Positions 1-12,214 of a stretch of 64,000 bases of DNA are shown here, piece by piece (the stretch's first letter is position 1; every line of letters begins with the position of its first letter). This stretch comes from Blepharisma stoltei ATCC 30299. Lineage: Eukaryota; Protista; Ciliophora. The notes under the pieces are model-generated. The model saw only the letters and a list, made by a program, of their open reading frames with translations. It was not told the origin of the DNA and did not search any database. The stretch lies in NCBI GenBank assembly GCA_965603825.1, contig CBFDEM010000024.1:186001-250000 (forward strand), given 5' to 3'. A program made the position numbers and the translations under genes.

Positions 1-9
1 ATAAACATT

Positions 10-498
10 ATGCTAAAAAACTTATTTATTGTATTGGCTCTAGTAAACATTGGACTAAGTACAGAAACAAGTACCGAAGATACTTCAGTTTCATGTCCTA
101 CCACAACCCCTACAGAAACTCTAGCTGTAATTTCTTGGAACAAAAAAAATGTAAGAGTTTACCATGCTCATGATGGAGTAGTAGATGAATGGTGTTATGA
201 CGGCGGCAGCTGGTATGTTGGATCATTTTCTGCTACTGGAAAAACAGTATCTGCAGTAGCCTGGAACACCGTAAATATTAGAGTTTATGTTGGGGATGGA
301 ACTAATATAGTTGAATATTGCTGGGATGGAAAAGGATGGTATGTCGGCTCATTCACAGCTGAAGGAGTTGTTACTGGATCAACTTCTTGACTAAGTGGTT
401 CAAATATCATTATTAAAGTCTATGTGAAAACACATCTTGGAAATATAGAAGAGCATACTTATAATAAAGGATGGTCTGTTACGTCAACTTTTGGATAG
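10..498 (+). CDS. Secreted fucose-binding beta-propeller lectin (RSL/BambL/AAL family), 3 blades, 162 aa
   Basis: Signal peptide, Thr-rich linker, then repeats SW..VRVY..EWCYDGGSWYVGSF and AW..IRVY..EYCWDGKGWYVGSF. Reading TGA 388-390 as W gives a third blade (TSWLSGSNIIIKVY..EE..KGW) ending at TAG 496-498. Confidence 0.88.
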
Positions 499-910
499 AT
501 TTTTAATTTTATAATAATTAACTCGAAATAAAAATTTGCAGAAATTTAAAAGGGAGTATGAAAAAGGACTTTTGATGCTGAATTTTATTTAACAATAAAT
601 ATGAGTTGCTTTTCAAATAATCTTAGGCTTTCTTTTAAGAAGTGAAAATTCTTTTTCTTAATGCTATTATATGTTATTCATTATAATTGATTGTCTTTTG
701 AAAAATTGCATCTCCTTATTTCAATTATTTAGCAAACTTATTTTCTTCAATAATTTTTTCTTCATATTTGATTAGAAATAGCAATTGAGCTGATCATGAT
801 TTTATTATATTATTAGTAAACTTTCTCTTAATAATGATTAGCTGAATTGTTTCACAATCTTGCCGATATATATATTCTTGTGATTTATTACTGATTTCTT
901 ACTAATAATT

Positions 911-2062
911 ATGAACAACTCAGCAGAAGATAAAAATTCTGTGCAGGACGGCAAGCAGGAGCAGCCCAGCGATGGGCTATCTTATACAGAATCACTTGTA
1001 TCGTTCTGAAAAGAAGGATCATCCATTTCTGAGCACATTTCAAAACTCCAGTCAGAAAGATCTGGCTCATTTGATGTTCTTGAAGAAGGCAGAAGCTCTA
1101 TTGAAGAAATTACCTCGAAATTCAAAGCAATTATCAAAAAAGTTACAGATCCTAAAGAAAAGGCTTCACTACTTTTAGATATGAACAAAATTATCACCAA
1201 AGTTAAGGCCAAGGCTTATGACTCTGAATTCATTAGAAAAAGGGATAAATTAGCTTACGTTTTTTTTACTCTTAGGCTTATCCTTGGGACTTATTTATTA
1301 GGAAGATGGCCTTGCTATTATCCATGGTTCCATGTGATTTCTGCGTTAATTATGATACCAGCCAGATTTTTTTATTTCAGAAGCTTAAGGTATCATTACT
1401 TCTTACTCGATTTTTGTTATTGGGCTAATTTGATTATTGTGCTTTATTTATCAGTATACAGAGATAATCAAATTTTATATAATGTAGCCCTTGCTTTTTC
1501 TACTGGCCCATTATTGGCATCAGTGCCAATATTCAATAATGCAATTGTTTTTCATTCCCTTGACAAAATTACCAGCAATTTCATACATTTAAGCCCTTCT
1601 ATTGCTTTATGGTCTTTGAGAACAGATAGCTGCTCAGCAAACATAGAGCCTTTGCCGTTTTTGGATTACTATTTTTATGCAGTAGCATTTTATTCAACTT
1701 GGGTTATTCCATATACCCTTATTGTGTTTAAATTTACCTTTGAAAGGTGTAAAAGAAAGGATAATCTGACACTATATTCATGGATGATGGAGGACAAAGA
1801 AAGTAATTATTATAATTATGGAGGCAAATTTGGAGAAAAATACAGACCTTTAATGTTTGTCAGTCATCATGCTATTATAAATATACTGTTATTGGGAGTT
1901 GCATATTTGGCTTTGACACATTTTTATATTCATACAGCGTTTATTGGAGTAATTTTATTGAGTTCTCTGTGGAATGCAGCAAATTATTATATTGAATTTT
2001 TCTCGAGAAAATATGTGTCGGATTTAGAAAAGCTTGAGGCATTAAAAGCTAAATTAGAGTAA
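911..2062 (+). CDS. GPC1: Glycerophosphocholine acyltransferase (Gpc1/GPCAT, DUF2838), 383 aa
   Basis: Motifs YHYFLLDFCYWAN, FHSLDKITSNFIH and WNAANYYIE; multiple TM segments. ATG 911 is in frame through one TGA. Confidence 0.85.
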
Positions 2063-2368
2063 TTTCTGTTTTTAAAAAATAAGAATTTGTATTAGTTTTT
2101 TGTCTTTTGGAGTTTTTTGTTAGTTTTATTATTGAAAGCCAATTAACTATTTCAAAAGAAGCCTTAATTTCAATTAAATAATATTAATTTAAAAATCTTA
2201 GTTAAAATTAAAATGAAAATAAATTTAACTAAAAATAAAAAATAAGAATAAAAGCTTAATTGAAGAATAAATGATAGTTAAAATGCAATATTACTTATCA
2301 TAATAATTATAATAGCTTATATTATTTTTAAAAATGCGCTATATGAATTAAATGGTCAATATAAAAAT

Positions 2369-2782
2369 ATGAAAACTTTCAAGTGCTTTTATGAAAGCTG
2401 CTCTCGTATATATTCTACCAAATTTAACCTTGGAAGACATATAAACGTTTTCCATAAAAATAATCGCTTTCCTTGCTCGATATGTGGAGAAAGGCTATCA
2501 TCAGCTCAAAACTTAAAAGACCATAGCTATTGTCACACAGGTCAAAAGCCTTATGCCTGCAAGCACTCAGGTTGCACAAAACGATATAGGCAAGCAAGCC
2601 AACTTTCGGTGCACAAGAAAAAACACCGAAATAATAATACTAGCACAGCCAATTTTTTTACAGAATTAAACGTATTTTTTATTCAGGCAAAAATTTTATT
2701 AAATCTTGATAAAATAATAGTATTTGACATCCCTGATGGTCCTTATAAGAAGAATGATGCAAAACTGCCGCCAATTCTCTAG
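2369..2782 (+). CDS. C2H2 zinc-finger protein (3 fingers)
   Basis: Three CxxC/CxxxxC...HxxxH fingers with an HTGQKPY linker; probable 15-nt intron at 2672-2686. Confidence 0.88.
   Translation: MKTFKCFYESCSRIYSTKFNLGRHINVFHKNNRFPCSICGERLSSAQNLKDHSYCHTGQKPYACKHSGCTKRYRQASQLSVHKKKHRNNNTSTANFFTELNVFFIQAKILLNLDKIIVFDIPDGPYKKNDAKLPPIL
2672..2686 (+). other. Putative 15-nt intron (in frame, no stop)
   Basis: GTATTTTTTATTCAG: GT...AG with A at position 10, as in the other introns; not required to keep the frame. Confidence 0.6.
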
Positions 2783-4342
2783 GGAATTATAAAGAGAGGT
2801 AGTGACAGTTTTGATAAGTAATGATTTTTTTTCTTTAATTTCATATATACATAATTAGATACCTATAAAGATATGAATAATTCAACTTTTTTACCAATAC
2901 TAGCATATATTATCCTTAAATAAGCCATAAAAAGCAATATTTAGGTAATTATTCAACTATGGTTTCCAAGAATTTATTATGAGCTTAGAAGGAAAAGGTA
3001 AGTATGATATAAATTGTTCTATTTTCTTTTTGCAATTTTATCCAATATAAACGATATTGATAAAATTCATCACTAAATATAATTTTAGGACTAATTTTAT
3101 ATGTTATTATATTCTGTTGGTATCTCTTATTATTTGAAGTATAACAAATTTACTCATATTGATTTAAATTTTGTCAAATTAATCATGCTTCTAATAATTA
3201 AACTATTTTATCCTTTTAAATCTACTTCTTATTTCAATTATTATTTAAAGGAATTAGTGATTTTTTATTGTTATCCCTTTAAGCGACATTAATGAATTTC
3301 TCAACATTAATATAGCCCTAATTTAACCTAATAATTAGATTTATTGTAAAATTAATTCTATCAATAATCTTAAAGAGCTATTTAGATCAAATTAATCTAT
3401 TTTTCAATCAAAATTATATAAAATATTGATATTCATCCTTTCCTGATATGCAATTCTACAAATTCTTCAACTTTTGACCTTGAAATTATAATGAACTCTA
3501 ATTTGAATCGGCTTCATTTAAAAAAATCCTGGAAAATTTTCTAAAATCGTGAGTTTATTTTTTTACAAAATCTAAAATAGTGAATATTTAAAAGAAGCTT
3601 TATTAATTTAATCTGCCACATCTCTAATTACACTAGCACCTAAGTTTAAGACAAAGTGAAGTGTAGAAAGTTATAATGAATTTATGGAATAACTAAGAAA
3701 TAAAGTTAGAATGAGCTAACATACAATTTTTTAATTATTGGCATATCAGAAATAGTAAAAAATTTGAAATATTTGTATATTATATCTATGAATATTCCCT
3801 ATTTAAGAATATTCTGTCAACACCAAAAAAGCAATTTATTGAACCCCTTAAATAATAAAGATCTAGGATCTCAGGTTTCGGTGTCACTTCAGAGCTTTAT
3901 TTTAAGATTTAAATTGAATGATAATACTTTAAGGGATTAGAAAGGCAGCTGTATTTGGAATAAGAGGTTTATCAATTATTTGATAAAAAGAACTCATATT
4001 GCAAGATGATATATTAGGAATTTGCTATAAGGATTATTTTAACTAATCATTAACTTGCTTAATTGCTGCTATTCATTTTATTCCTAGTTTATTAACTAAT
4101 GATCTATATTTATCCTCAATCATAATTATTATAATTTTTAAAATTTTACATAAAAAGCTCTGCAAAAGCTTGATTACGATTCATTCGGCGATAGGAACGC
4201 TTGGGGTAAGTTTATGTCCAACTTTATAATCGGACAATAAAAATCGCTCTGAATAAATTTTTCTCAATACTATTTGGCCATTATTGAATATTAATTTTTC
4301 ATATTCTGAGGCAAAAATTATTAAAATAATAATTGTAAAATA

Positions 4343-5131
4343 ATGTGTAAATTCAATCAAGACTGCCCTATTCTTGATGAAAATTGTGAATACTGCAAGA
4401 ACATGCAGCATCAGTCCACGTCCGAATTTTCGTTAAATCCATATAGTATATCGGATATCCAAAGTTTAATGATTCAAGCTATATGCCAACAAAATGAGGT
4501 TATAGCCTTAATTTCCAATCAGTCAAGCGAGTTGACGGATAAGGTTTATAAAATCACTGAAAATATTAAACAAATTCAGTACAATTCCTCCAAATTATAT
4601 GACTGCTCGTCAGAATTTATGAATAATGTTTTTAATCAACCAGAAGGAAATTCAACACCTAAGCTTTTACTGCAGATTTTGTGTGGAGGAAATACTAATT
4701 TTAAATATAAAATTGCATTAATCAATGAAATCCCCAATCCTATTTACAAAGAAAGATCATTTAAAATTCTGGCAAAAATCGTAGATTTTAATGGAAATTT
4801 AGTAACTTTATCACAGCAAGTGCATTTTAAAATAATGCTGTTCACGACTGAAGATCCACCTAAAAATTTAAAGGTGAATGTTTCTGGTCAAAAAATCATG
4901 AGAGGAACAACTGAGACAAGTTCAGATAGCATAATTTCTTTTTCAAAAGTAGTATTTAAAGAAGTTACGTCGCACTTTAAGAACGGATGCTTTTACCTGG
5001 TGATTTTGCCGACAGAATGCAAAGAAATTGAGCCTCTTATTATTGAAAATGTAGCCATTAAAGCAAGAAAAATTGTTTTTAAGGGAAAAAAAATAAAAGA
5101 GATGATTAAGGATAGACTAAAAAATCTTTAA
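4343..5131 (+). CDS. Hypothetical protein, short coiled coil plus C-terminal beta-rich (possibly Ig-fold) domain
   Basis: Uninterrupted 262-aa ORF ending in TAA, with a basic C-terminus. Confidence 0.75.
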   Translation: MCKFNQDCPILDENCEYCKNMQHQSTSEFSLNPYSISDIQSLMIQAICQQNEVIALISNQSSELTDKVYKITENIKQIQYNSSKLYDCSSEFMNNVFNQPEGNSTPKLLLQILCGGNTNFKYKIALINEIPNPIYKERSFKILAKIVDFNGNLVTLSQQVHFKIMLFTTEDPPKNLKVNVSGQKIMRGTTETSSDSIISFSKVVFKEVTSHFKNGCFYLVILPTECKEIEPLIIENVAIKARKIVFKGKKIKEMIKDRLKNL

Positions 5132-5391
5132 ATCATTAGAAATTTTAATTAATTTTAATTTGATAAAAGTTAAACTTATTTTATAATACAATATTGCTAT
5201 CATTGACTTTTTATGGCGCAACTCGACTTAGATAAATATATTTAATTTCAATTACCTAGAGCTATCATAAATTAAATAGGAATTTGCTTCTTATAAGCTT
5301 TTAATTGATAATTACTTTTACCTTTATAGCTCTAATAAACAAGTCATATACAACTTAAGTTTATTTTGTAACACTTATATGGACTTATAAA

Positions 5392-6660
5392 ATGTCAAAA
5401 AATTTCAAACCGCTGCTACACGATTCTTACAATGTTGGAAAACATATAAAATCATCTAAAAAGCGCTTTACTTGGAAATTTGAGCTTGATGGCCAAGAGC
5501 ATGTCGTCGATCTTTACGTTTCAAAAATTTCAGGCAAACGAAAAGTACTTGTTGACGGCGATATCAAAATCCAAGCCAAAAAATCAGCTATTTATGGCAG
5601 CTATCCCTTAAAAATCGGCCGCCATAACCTTTTAATTAACGAGCAAATCGACAGCGTTTTTGATTTGCAAGTAGACAACTGTTCATTTGAAGCAGGGAAT
5701 CAGAGAACTCGGGCTCAAAGTGATTTTAGATACAATGATCAGTACCAATATGAAGCTGAGCCAAATTTACAGCAGGTTTTAGAAGCCAGGGATCCTTACC
5801 AGCCAAGAAAATCTGCTGATCCCTTTGCAGAAAAAAATGAGCCTTATAAAAGCGACTTTAGTTACAATGATCCATTTCAAAATAAAAGCTCCCAAAGACG
5901 GTCATTAATAGCTGAAACAAGAGACCCGTTTGAGAATAGAAAGCTTAATGGCTTATCGGGCGAAAGAAGAGATCCTTTTGAGAATAGAAGGGTTGGATTA
6001 TCAGGAGAAAGAAGAGACCCATTTGAGAACAGAAGAACTGGTAGCTTAGCAGGTGAGAAAAGAGATCCATTTGAAAATAGAAGGGTTGACTCATTCAGAA
6101 AGCGTCCAGAAAATAACGAAGAATGGGAAAGATATGAAGACTTTTTTGACCCAGAAAAATACCCATATGCTGAAAAAGAATTTGGAGTTGAAAGCCAAAG
6201 AAGAGAGTCAAGAGTTATTGAGAGAAGCACAATGCCTGCACAGCCTAGCTCAGCTCCAAAGCCTGTAGAAGAGAAGCCTAAAGAAGCTGCCAAGCCGCAA
6301 GATCAAACTAATTTACTTGATGCTCCATATCAAGCTTCTACATTGCCACATGATATTTTTGTAAGCAATACAAATACAACATCAACCAAGCCAACCAATA
6401 ATCCTTTCAATGGTCAAGCTGCCTTAGCAAATAATTTTGACTGAAATTCTGTAGCGCCGAAGCCAGAAGAAAATAAAACCCAACCTCCCCAAACTAATTT
6501 TCCACCAAATGCATTTCCAATGGGGATGCCTCCACAGATGGGAGCACAAGGCATGCAGCAAGGCCAAATGAACCCTATGGCTGCTATGATGGCTTATAAC
6601 CAATTTATGACAGGAATGATGATGGGACAATACATGAATCCTCAGCAGCCATTTAGATAA
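5392..6660 (+). CDS. FAIM1-like N-terminal domain protein with DPF/NPF motifs and a Pro/Gln/Met-rich tail, 422 aa
   Basis: WKFELDGQEHVVDL..SGKRKVLVDG resembles FAIM1. Reading TGA 6442-6444 through gives a P/Q/M tail ending at TAA 6658-6660. Confidence 0.75.
5914..6084 (+). repeat. Coding tandem repeat, 4 copies of 45-48 nt encoding E(R/T/K)RDPFENR(R/K)
   Basis: Repeated AGAGAYCCNTTTGARAAYAGAA units. Confidence 0.9.
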
Positions 6661-6711
6661 TTAAATATAATTAACTAATTCCTTTTAATGCGGATTATCA
6701 TTTAAAACATA

Positions 6712-7584
6712 TTATTTCTTCATTGTATTTCCAGATCCTAAAGTGTCCCAATAACTTGTCTTGGCGTTTCCAGTTGTTTTCTTAACTCCGTTTACTAGTC
6801 GATGTTTCCTTGGATCATACTCATTTGATGCTTTATCTGTACTTTCCTTTCTAGGCATATTTGTGACAGGTTTCCCATCAAGCCTATTTCCGCTACCTTG
6901 CCAAGTGGCAGTTTTTGATTGCTGCTTACCTTCTTCTTGTTCATATGTTAGTGAAGCCTCTTTTTTCAGCTGAGGCGCCTCTTCACGATAATCCTTAGGT
7001 GGTGCAAAATCAACCTCCAGATCTGTTTGAATTGTCATAATAGCAGGTCCAGGCCTAGTCTCAATAATGTCAATTTCAAAACTTCTCCCTGCAAACTGTA
7101 CTGATATACTATCGCCTTGGCTTAAACATGCATAGCTTCTAAGTGCATTTTCTAATACTGCTTTGGGGTTTGGCAAGTCAATAAATGCAGTGGTATGTGG
7201 CTGGATTTTAACGAAAGTCCCTCTAGGTAACCTAATACTTTCTACACTTACATCGCCGCCTTCAGAAATTCCTAGATGATTCATTAGCTATATAAAAGAT
7301 ACTCAATAAGGAAGCAGACAAGTCCCTTCTTCAGCCGTAAATTCTAGAACACCACAGTGTGTAAATAAGCCAAGCTGGGTATTTGTAAGCTTGAATAGCA
7401 TTGGATAGTCAATTCTGAGATTCACCAATCTTTGAGCTGCTGAAGTTGGCAAAATTACTGCATAAAAAATACTGAAATTTCCTTTCTCGACTTCTGTTTT
7501 CCCAAAGAAACTAGCAGGGAATGCTTTATAGAGCTCAAAATAAGCGCTATGACGAGACTGATGCTGAAATGATTGAAAAAACAT
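6712..7584 (-). CDS. UFD1: Ubiquitin fusion degradation protein 1 (2 introns)
   Basis: YPMLFKL, THCGVLEFTAEEG, LPY[TGA=W]|LMNHL, NPKAVLENALR, DLEVDFAPP. Confidence 0.95.
7288..7302 (-). other. 15-nt intron in UFD1
   Basis: GTATCTTTTATATAG; removal restores LPYW-LMNHL and removes an in-frame TAG. Confidence 0.93.
7458..7472 (-). other. 15-nt intron in UFD1 (in frame, no stop)
   Basis: GTATTTTTTATGCAG; removal gives GNFIILP, matching the UFD1 GGKIILP spacing. Confidence 0.85.
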
Positions 7585-7694
7585 TTAACTTTATAAATGG
7601 CTAAGCAATCAGACTTGCTTGGTAGCTGATTTCTGATTTTGTTATCTTCCTCAATATATAAACTATTCTTATTTTAGGAAGCTATTATAAATAT

Positions 7695-9506
7695 ATGGGA
7701 AATTGCATAGCCGGAAAGAGAGGCAAAAACAATGGAAACCAAATGCTACAAAGATTCAAAACAGCTGACGATGGACTCTACTACAAGCCAAAAATAAATT
7801 CTTCAACTTTAATTTGTTATAGACCCACAGATCGTGCTTTTTGGGACGTGAAAATTGATACAAACCTCATGTTCCAAGCAGGAGCTTTATTTGGAAAAAT
7901 AAGAGTTGGAAAATATATATGTATTGGAGGTGTAGAAAACGGAGATGTTGCTTTTATTATTGATACCACAGAGAAAAAAACAATCCAAATTAATAAGCCG
8001 CCAATGAGTTTGGCATATGGGAGATGCCATGCTTTTCAAAACAAAGTTTATGTGGTAGGATCACTTTGTATAGAAGCTGATGGGTTAGAAAAGCCAGCAG
8101 TGCCACTTGTTTATGATATTAGGACTAATTTGTGAACTGAATTACCAAAAATGCCAGTAAATGTATCATTATGTGGAAGCTTCATTGTAGGTAAAGGTTT
8201 GAATTTAATCGGCGGATTTTTAAATTACCCAAGCCATCCTACATTGTTCAGATCAATGCTGCAGCTTGATCTTAACACTTTAGAATGGGCTCAAAGTAGC
8301 GTCACAACTCCTGTGCTCCATGGTCTTCCTTCTTGTGTTGTTTTAACTGAAAATGCGATTATGATTATAGGAGGCCATGACCCCTGCGAGCATTACTCTT
8401 CAGATGAGTCTAAAAGTACATATATATTTAATGGGAGAGAATTCCAAGCGTTGTCTGATTTACCATCAGTTGGACAATTAAGGTTTTCTGACTCCCCTTT
8501 ATACGCTAAGCAAGAAGTCTTATTATATTCTGATGACGAAACTTTGTTCACTTATGACTTAAACAGTGGCTCTTGAAGCTATTTTGATATAGAAGAAAAA
8601 ATGGTAGGAAAAGACCCACCAATTCAGACTTTTCTTGAAAAAGGGAAATTTGTGTATCATTTTTGTCAAATGGAATGCGAAATAATTGAGTATAATATGG
8701 ACAATAAAACATCGAAAAAAACTGGCCCAGCCAGTTTTCATAATTTTTACAAATACACAGGGCTTTGTATCCTTGGAGATGGAAGATTAATGTTTGCTGG
8801 AGGGCTAAAAGAGGATCATTCTGAAGGAACAGTCTCCTGCTGGACTTTGGATCCTCAGTCAAGACATTCAGAAAATATCGCAGAGCTAAAGTATAAACAA
8901 TATGGGCTTAGACTTGTAGTAATAGATAGAGTGGTATATGCAGTTGCAGGAGTAGAGTCTTCAGAAAATTTATACCCAAGCCCATCAAGAAGCCATTGTC
9001 AGAAATATTCTTTAGACTTAAACCAATGGGTTGATATAGAGCCATTATCATCTACAACTTTTTTACCTGGCGCTTGCCATATGGCAGGAAGAATTTTTTG
9101 TATAGGCGGATATGTAGAGGTAATAGACTCAGCTGTGAATTTGAATTTAATTCAAGTATATTCTATAGCCCAAAACCATTGAGATATTCTTACTATTGAA
9201 TACCCATTTGGAGTTTCTAGCTTAGGAGTGGCTCCGCTTCCTGGGAATAAACTATTATGCTTTGGAGGGCAATGCCAAAATGGCATCAAAATCCCTAATA
9301 CCTATATTTTTGACGGATACAATTTCCAATACATCAGTGATCTCCCAATTCCTGAAGAAGGTGCAGACTCTACAGTGTTTTCTGACCCAACCGTAATTGT
9401 TGGCAACAAAATTTATGCATTTTCAGAAAATAGATATCTTTATTGTTTTGATTTTGGGAGCCAAAGCTGGCATACTGAAATGCCTAATATAAGTGTTAGG
9501 TGTTAG
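7695..9506 (+). CDS. Kelch-repeat protein with N-terminal MGNC acylation motif, 603 aa
   Basis: Four same-frame ORF pieces joined by TGA at Kelch Trp positions (TNL-W, SGS-W, QNH-W); GG motifs; ends in TAG. Confidence 0.88.
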
Positions 9507-9587
9507 AATTTAAAAGGTTTAATGCAAGTTTATATATTATCTTTCTTTAAAAAGGTATAAAGATTTAGCCATTATTTATTAGCAATA

Positions 9588-10304
9588 TTAAACATAGTCT
9601 GGGTTCATCGCTTTCCATATCCTAAACTTATAAATAATACTGTCTAATTTGTGTAGGAACTTAAGCTCAAAGCCTTTCCATTTGATGAGTGATAAAATAA
9701 ATGCTAAAATTGGCTGGTAGATTAGAAAATCAATAAATAGTGATAAAATAAAGACCCAGAGAGCTGATTTCTTGCATGGATTTCCTGAAAACCCTGAAAA
9801 CAGAATAAAATAGCTGGCAGAAACCAAAAATATTACCCCACATAAAAAAAATATAATAAATCATCGGATTTTCATGCGGCTTTCTATATTTCTTGTCACT
9901 TTTACGAACTGTTCTGTGCTTTTAGCTGATTTTAGTCCTTTTCTGCTTACTCTGTTTAAGTTTCCTATAATAGTTATTGTTCCTTCAGACACAGCAACTA
10001 CCCAAAATGCAAGGACTATTAGATAAGCTACTTCATTGATTGATTTTTCCCATAAAGAGACTGCAAGGCATGATAAGGATGCTTGAAGATATAATAAAGT
10101 AAATAAAATCGTGCTTCTAAGGAATCTTGGGAATGTTCTTAATGTTTCATTATAGATTGATAAAATGATGTGGCACTCAAAGAGGAATAACGAGTAAATT
10201 GATAAAAAAGGAGGCTGTGGAAGAGATATAGGAACTGGAAGAGTTTCGAAATCTCGAGTTGTGATGTTTAGAGATGTAAATTCTCTTCTACTTGTTGTAC
10301 TCAT
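9588..10304 (-). CDS. Hypothetical multi-pass membrane protein, 238 aa
   Basis: Two same-frame pieces joined by TGA at 9861-9863; about 4 hydrophobic segments. Confidence 0.7.
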
Positions 10305-10531
10305 TATAAAGGTAATGGCTTTTAAATTGTTTTCTGATAGAAAATGAAAACTTGTTCATGCTCTAGCTACTGGTTTAAGCTGGATTTAAGGCAAATAACG
10401 AAAAGAAGTATCTATTTATTATTCTTTACGATTTTACTTTATCAATCTTTAATTGAACTCTTATCAATTTTTAATCTTTTATTTATCCTAATATTTGTAT
10501 TTTTTAAATTTAATTTAGTTTTTCTTTATGA

Positions 10532-10873
10532 TTAAATTTCAGTTTCGCCAGTGTTACGTGGCGAATCAAGCAATAAATTAGATGAAATCGGTCTCTTGTT
10601 CAGAATCACTATTCTTGGTTCTTTTCTATCAAATGAAAGCTTCCTTATGCAGACTGGCGACTCTATAATATTGTGGGCTGCTTTGACAACTTTTGGGGAT
10701 GAAAACCCTCGATGGGAAAATAAGCTGTCTTCTTGGGAGTTTTTAGAGGGAGGTGTAAGAGGGATATTATAAGAAGAGTTATCATTTGAATAAGCCAATG
10801 AGGGAGATTCAAATAATGATAAATTTTGTTGCTTCTGTTTCGGATTTATGGTTTTTGTGTTATCAGTGTTCAT
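10532..10873 (-). CDS. Small hypothetical SP/TP-rich protein
   Basis: 113-aa ATG-to-TAA ORF with several S/T-P sites. Confidence 0.6.
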   Translation of the reverse strand: MNTDNTKTINPKQKQQNLSLFESPSLAYSNDNSSYNIPLTPPSKNSQEDSLFSHRGFSSPKVVKAAHNIIESPVCIRKLSFDRKEPRIVILNKRPISSNLLLDSPRNTGETEI

Positions 10874-11252
10874 ATTTTTAATTTATGTTTGGAAAATTTA
10901 TGGAATAATATGGATTTCTGATAGAAATGAAAGGAATTTCAGAAATTCTGATATAAAATAAAATTAAATATTCATAAAATTGGCATCTGATAAGATCATT
11001 ATTGAGCATGATGAATTTATGCAGCCATTGGTTTCTAAAAGGGATCAAATATAATATTGCTTTTAAATGATGTTTGATTGTAATTAGATTAGAAAGTTTA
11101 ATGAATTATTTATTATGACTAAATCTTTTTAAGCTCTTATGTTTATATATCAATTCGCTGTTTTATAGCATGTAGATTTTCCTGATTGAAAAAAATTCCT
11201 TATCTAAAACGCATCGCTTTATTCTTTTACTAATAAAATGGCATTATTTAAA

Positions 11253-12029
11253 TTATCTTTTCTGTACTGCTGCAACTCTTTTTTTATTACCATGCATGAT
11301 CACCGTCTGACTTTTCTTTTGCTTTCTGTTACCTAATGTATCTATCAAAGACAGGTTTATCAAAGGAACTTTCCTTTCAATATTACTCGAAGTCCTAGCT
11401 TGCTTCCTTAAGCCTTCGTTGCCAAGTGTCTGTGATCTTACATCTTCTACTATATTTTTCCCACCTTTGTGTCTGTACTCCACAAGTGACCCTTTTCTTT
11501 GAATTTTTCTCATATTGCTTATCTCTATATTTTCAGCTGAATAAGTGGTTAATCTGCTTTCAGCTCTTTCCAATAATTCTTCAATTGGTATAATAGAAAA
11601 TTCTCCTGGATATGAAAATTTAGTGTCAGAGTCATAGCATTTTCATGTAATGCTGCTTGTTTCTAGATCAGAAGCTGTAAGCTTGCCTTTAAGAATTTGA
11701 TTAATTTCTTGAGAAAATAAATCAGGCTCATAAGCAGAATCTGAAAGTGGCTTTGCTTCTTTTTCTATTGGACGAATTCTTTGGGTGGAAGGCTCAGGTG
11801 TTTCTTCTTCTGATAACGGTGGCAGCGGGAGCTCAGGGAAGTGAAGTTCTCCCTCACTTTCAGAATTCCCAAACACTTCATTTAGGTCAAATTGACTATT
11901 CGATGCCATAGAAGCTGCAAATAGAGTCTGTGAAGCTGACTGGGGGAACTGGCTTGCACTTGAGTTTAACGATAATTTTGAAGGGCTTTGTCAATCACAG
12001 CCCATACAAGAAAAAGGTTTTGATCCCAT
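11253..12029 (-). CDS. Hypothetical low-complexity protein (N-terminus MGSKPFSC), 258 aa
   Basis: Single frame from ATG 12029 to TAA through two TGA codons. Confidence 0.7.
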
Positions 12030-12214
12030 TTACTGAGATGAAAAATTAAATTCAAAAAAATTACAATTTTCTTTAATTAATAATTAAATTTTTTTATTAT
12101 TTATTATATAGAATGATTGAAGTTAAATAAATAGAAATTAGAATAAACTGATAACAAATGCTAAAAAGAAATTAATAGATTAAAATAAAGATATATTTAA
12201 ACCATTATTATATT

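Noticed and set aside
2783-4342. Long AT-rich intergenic region, with ORF 3101-3292 and a small TGTCC/GGACA hairpin near 4215-4236
   Set aside because: No tRNA, snRNA or snoRNA signature is recognisable, the ORF has non-coding composition, and the short stems are compatible with chance. An Rfam/Infernal scan would be needed.
5914-6084. Regularly spaced repeats as a CRISPR-like array
   Set aside because: They are in-frame coding repeats with synonymous variation inside a eukaryotic gene.
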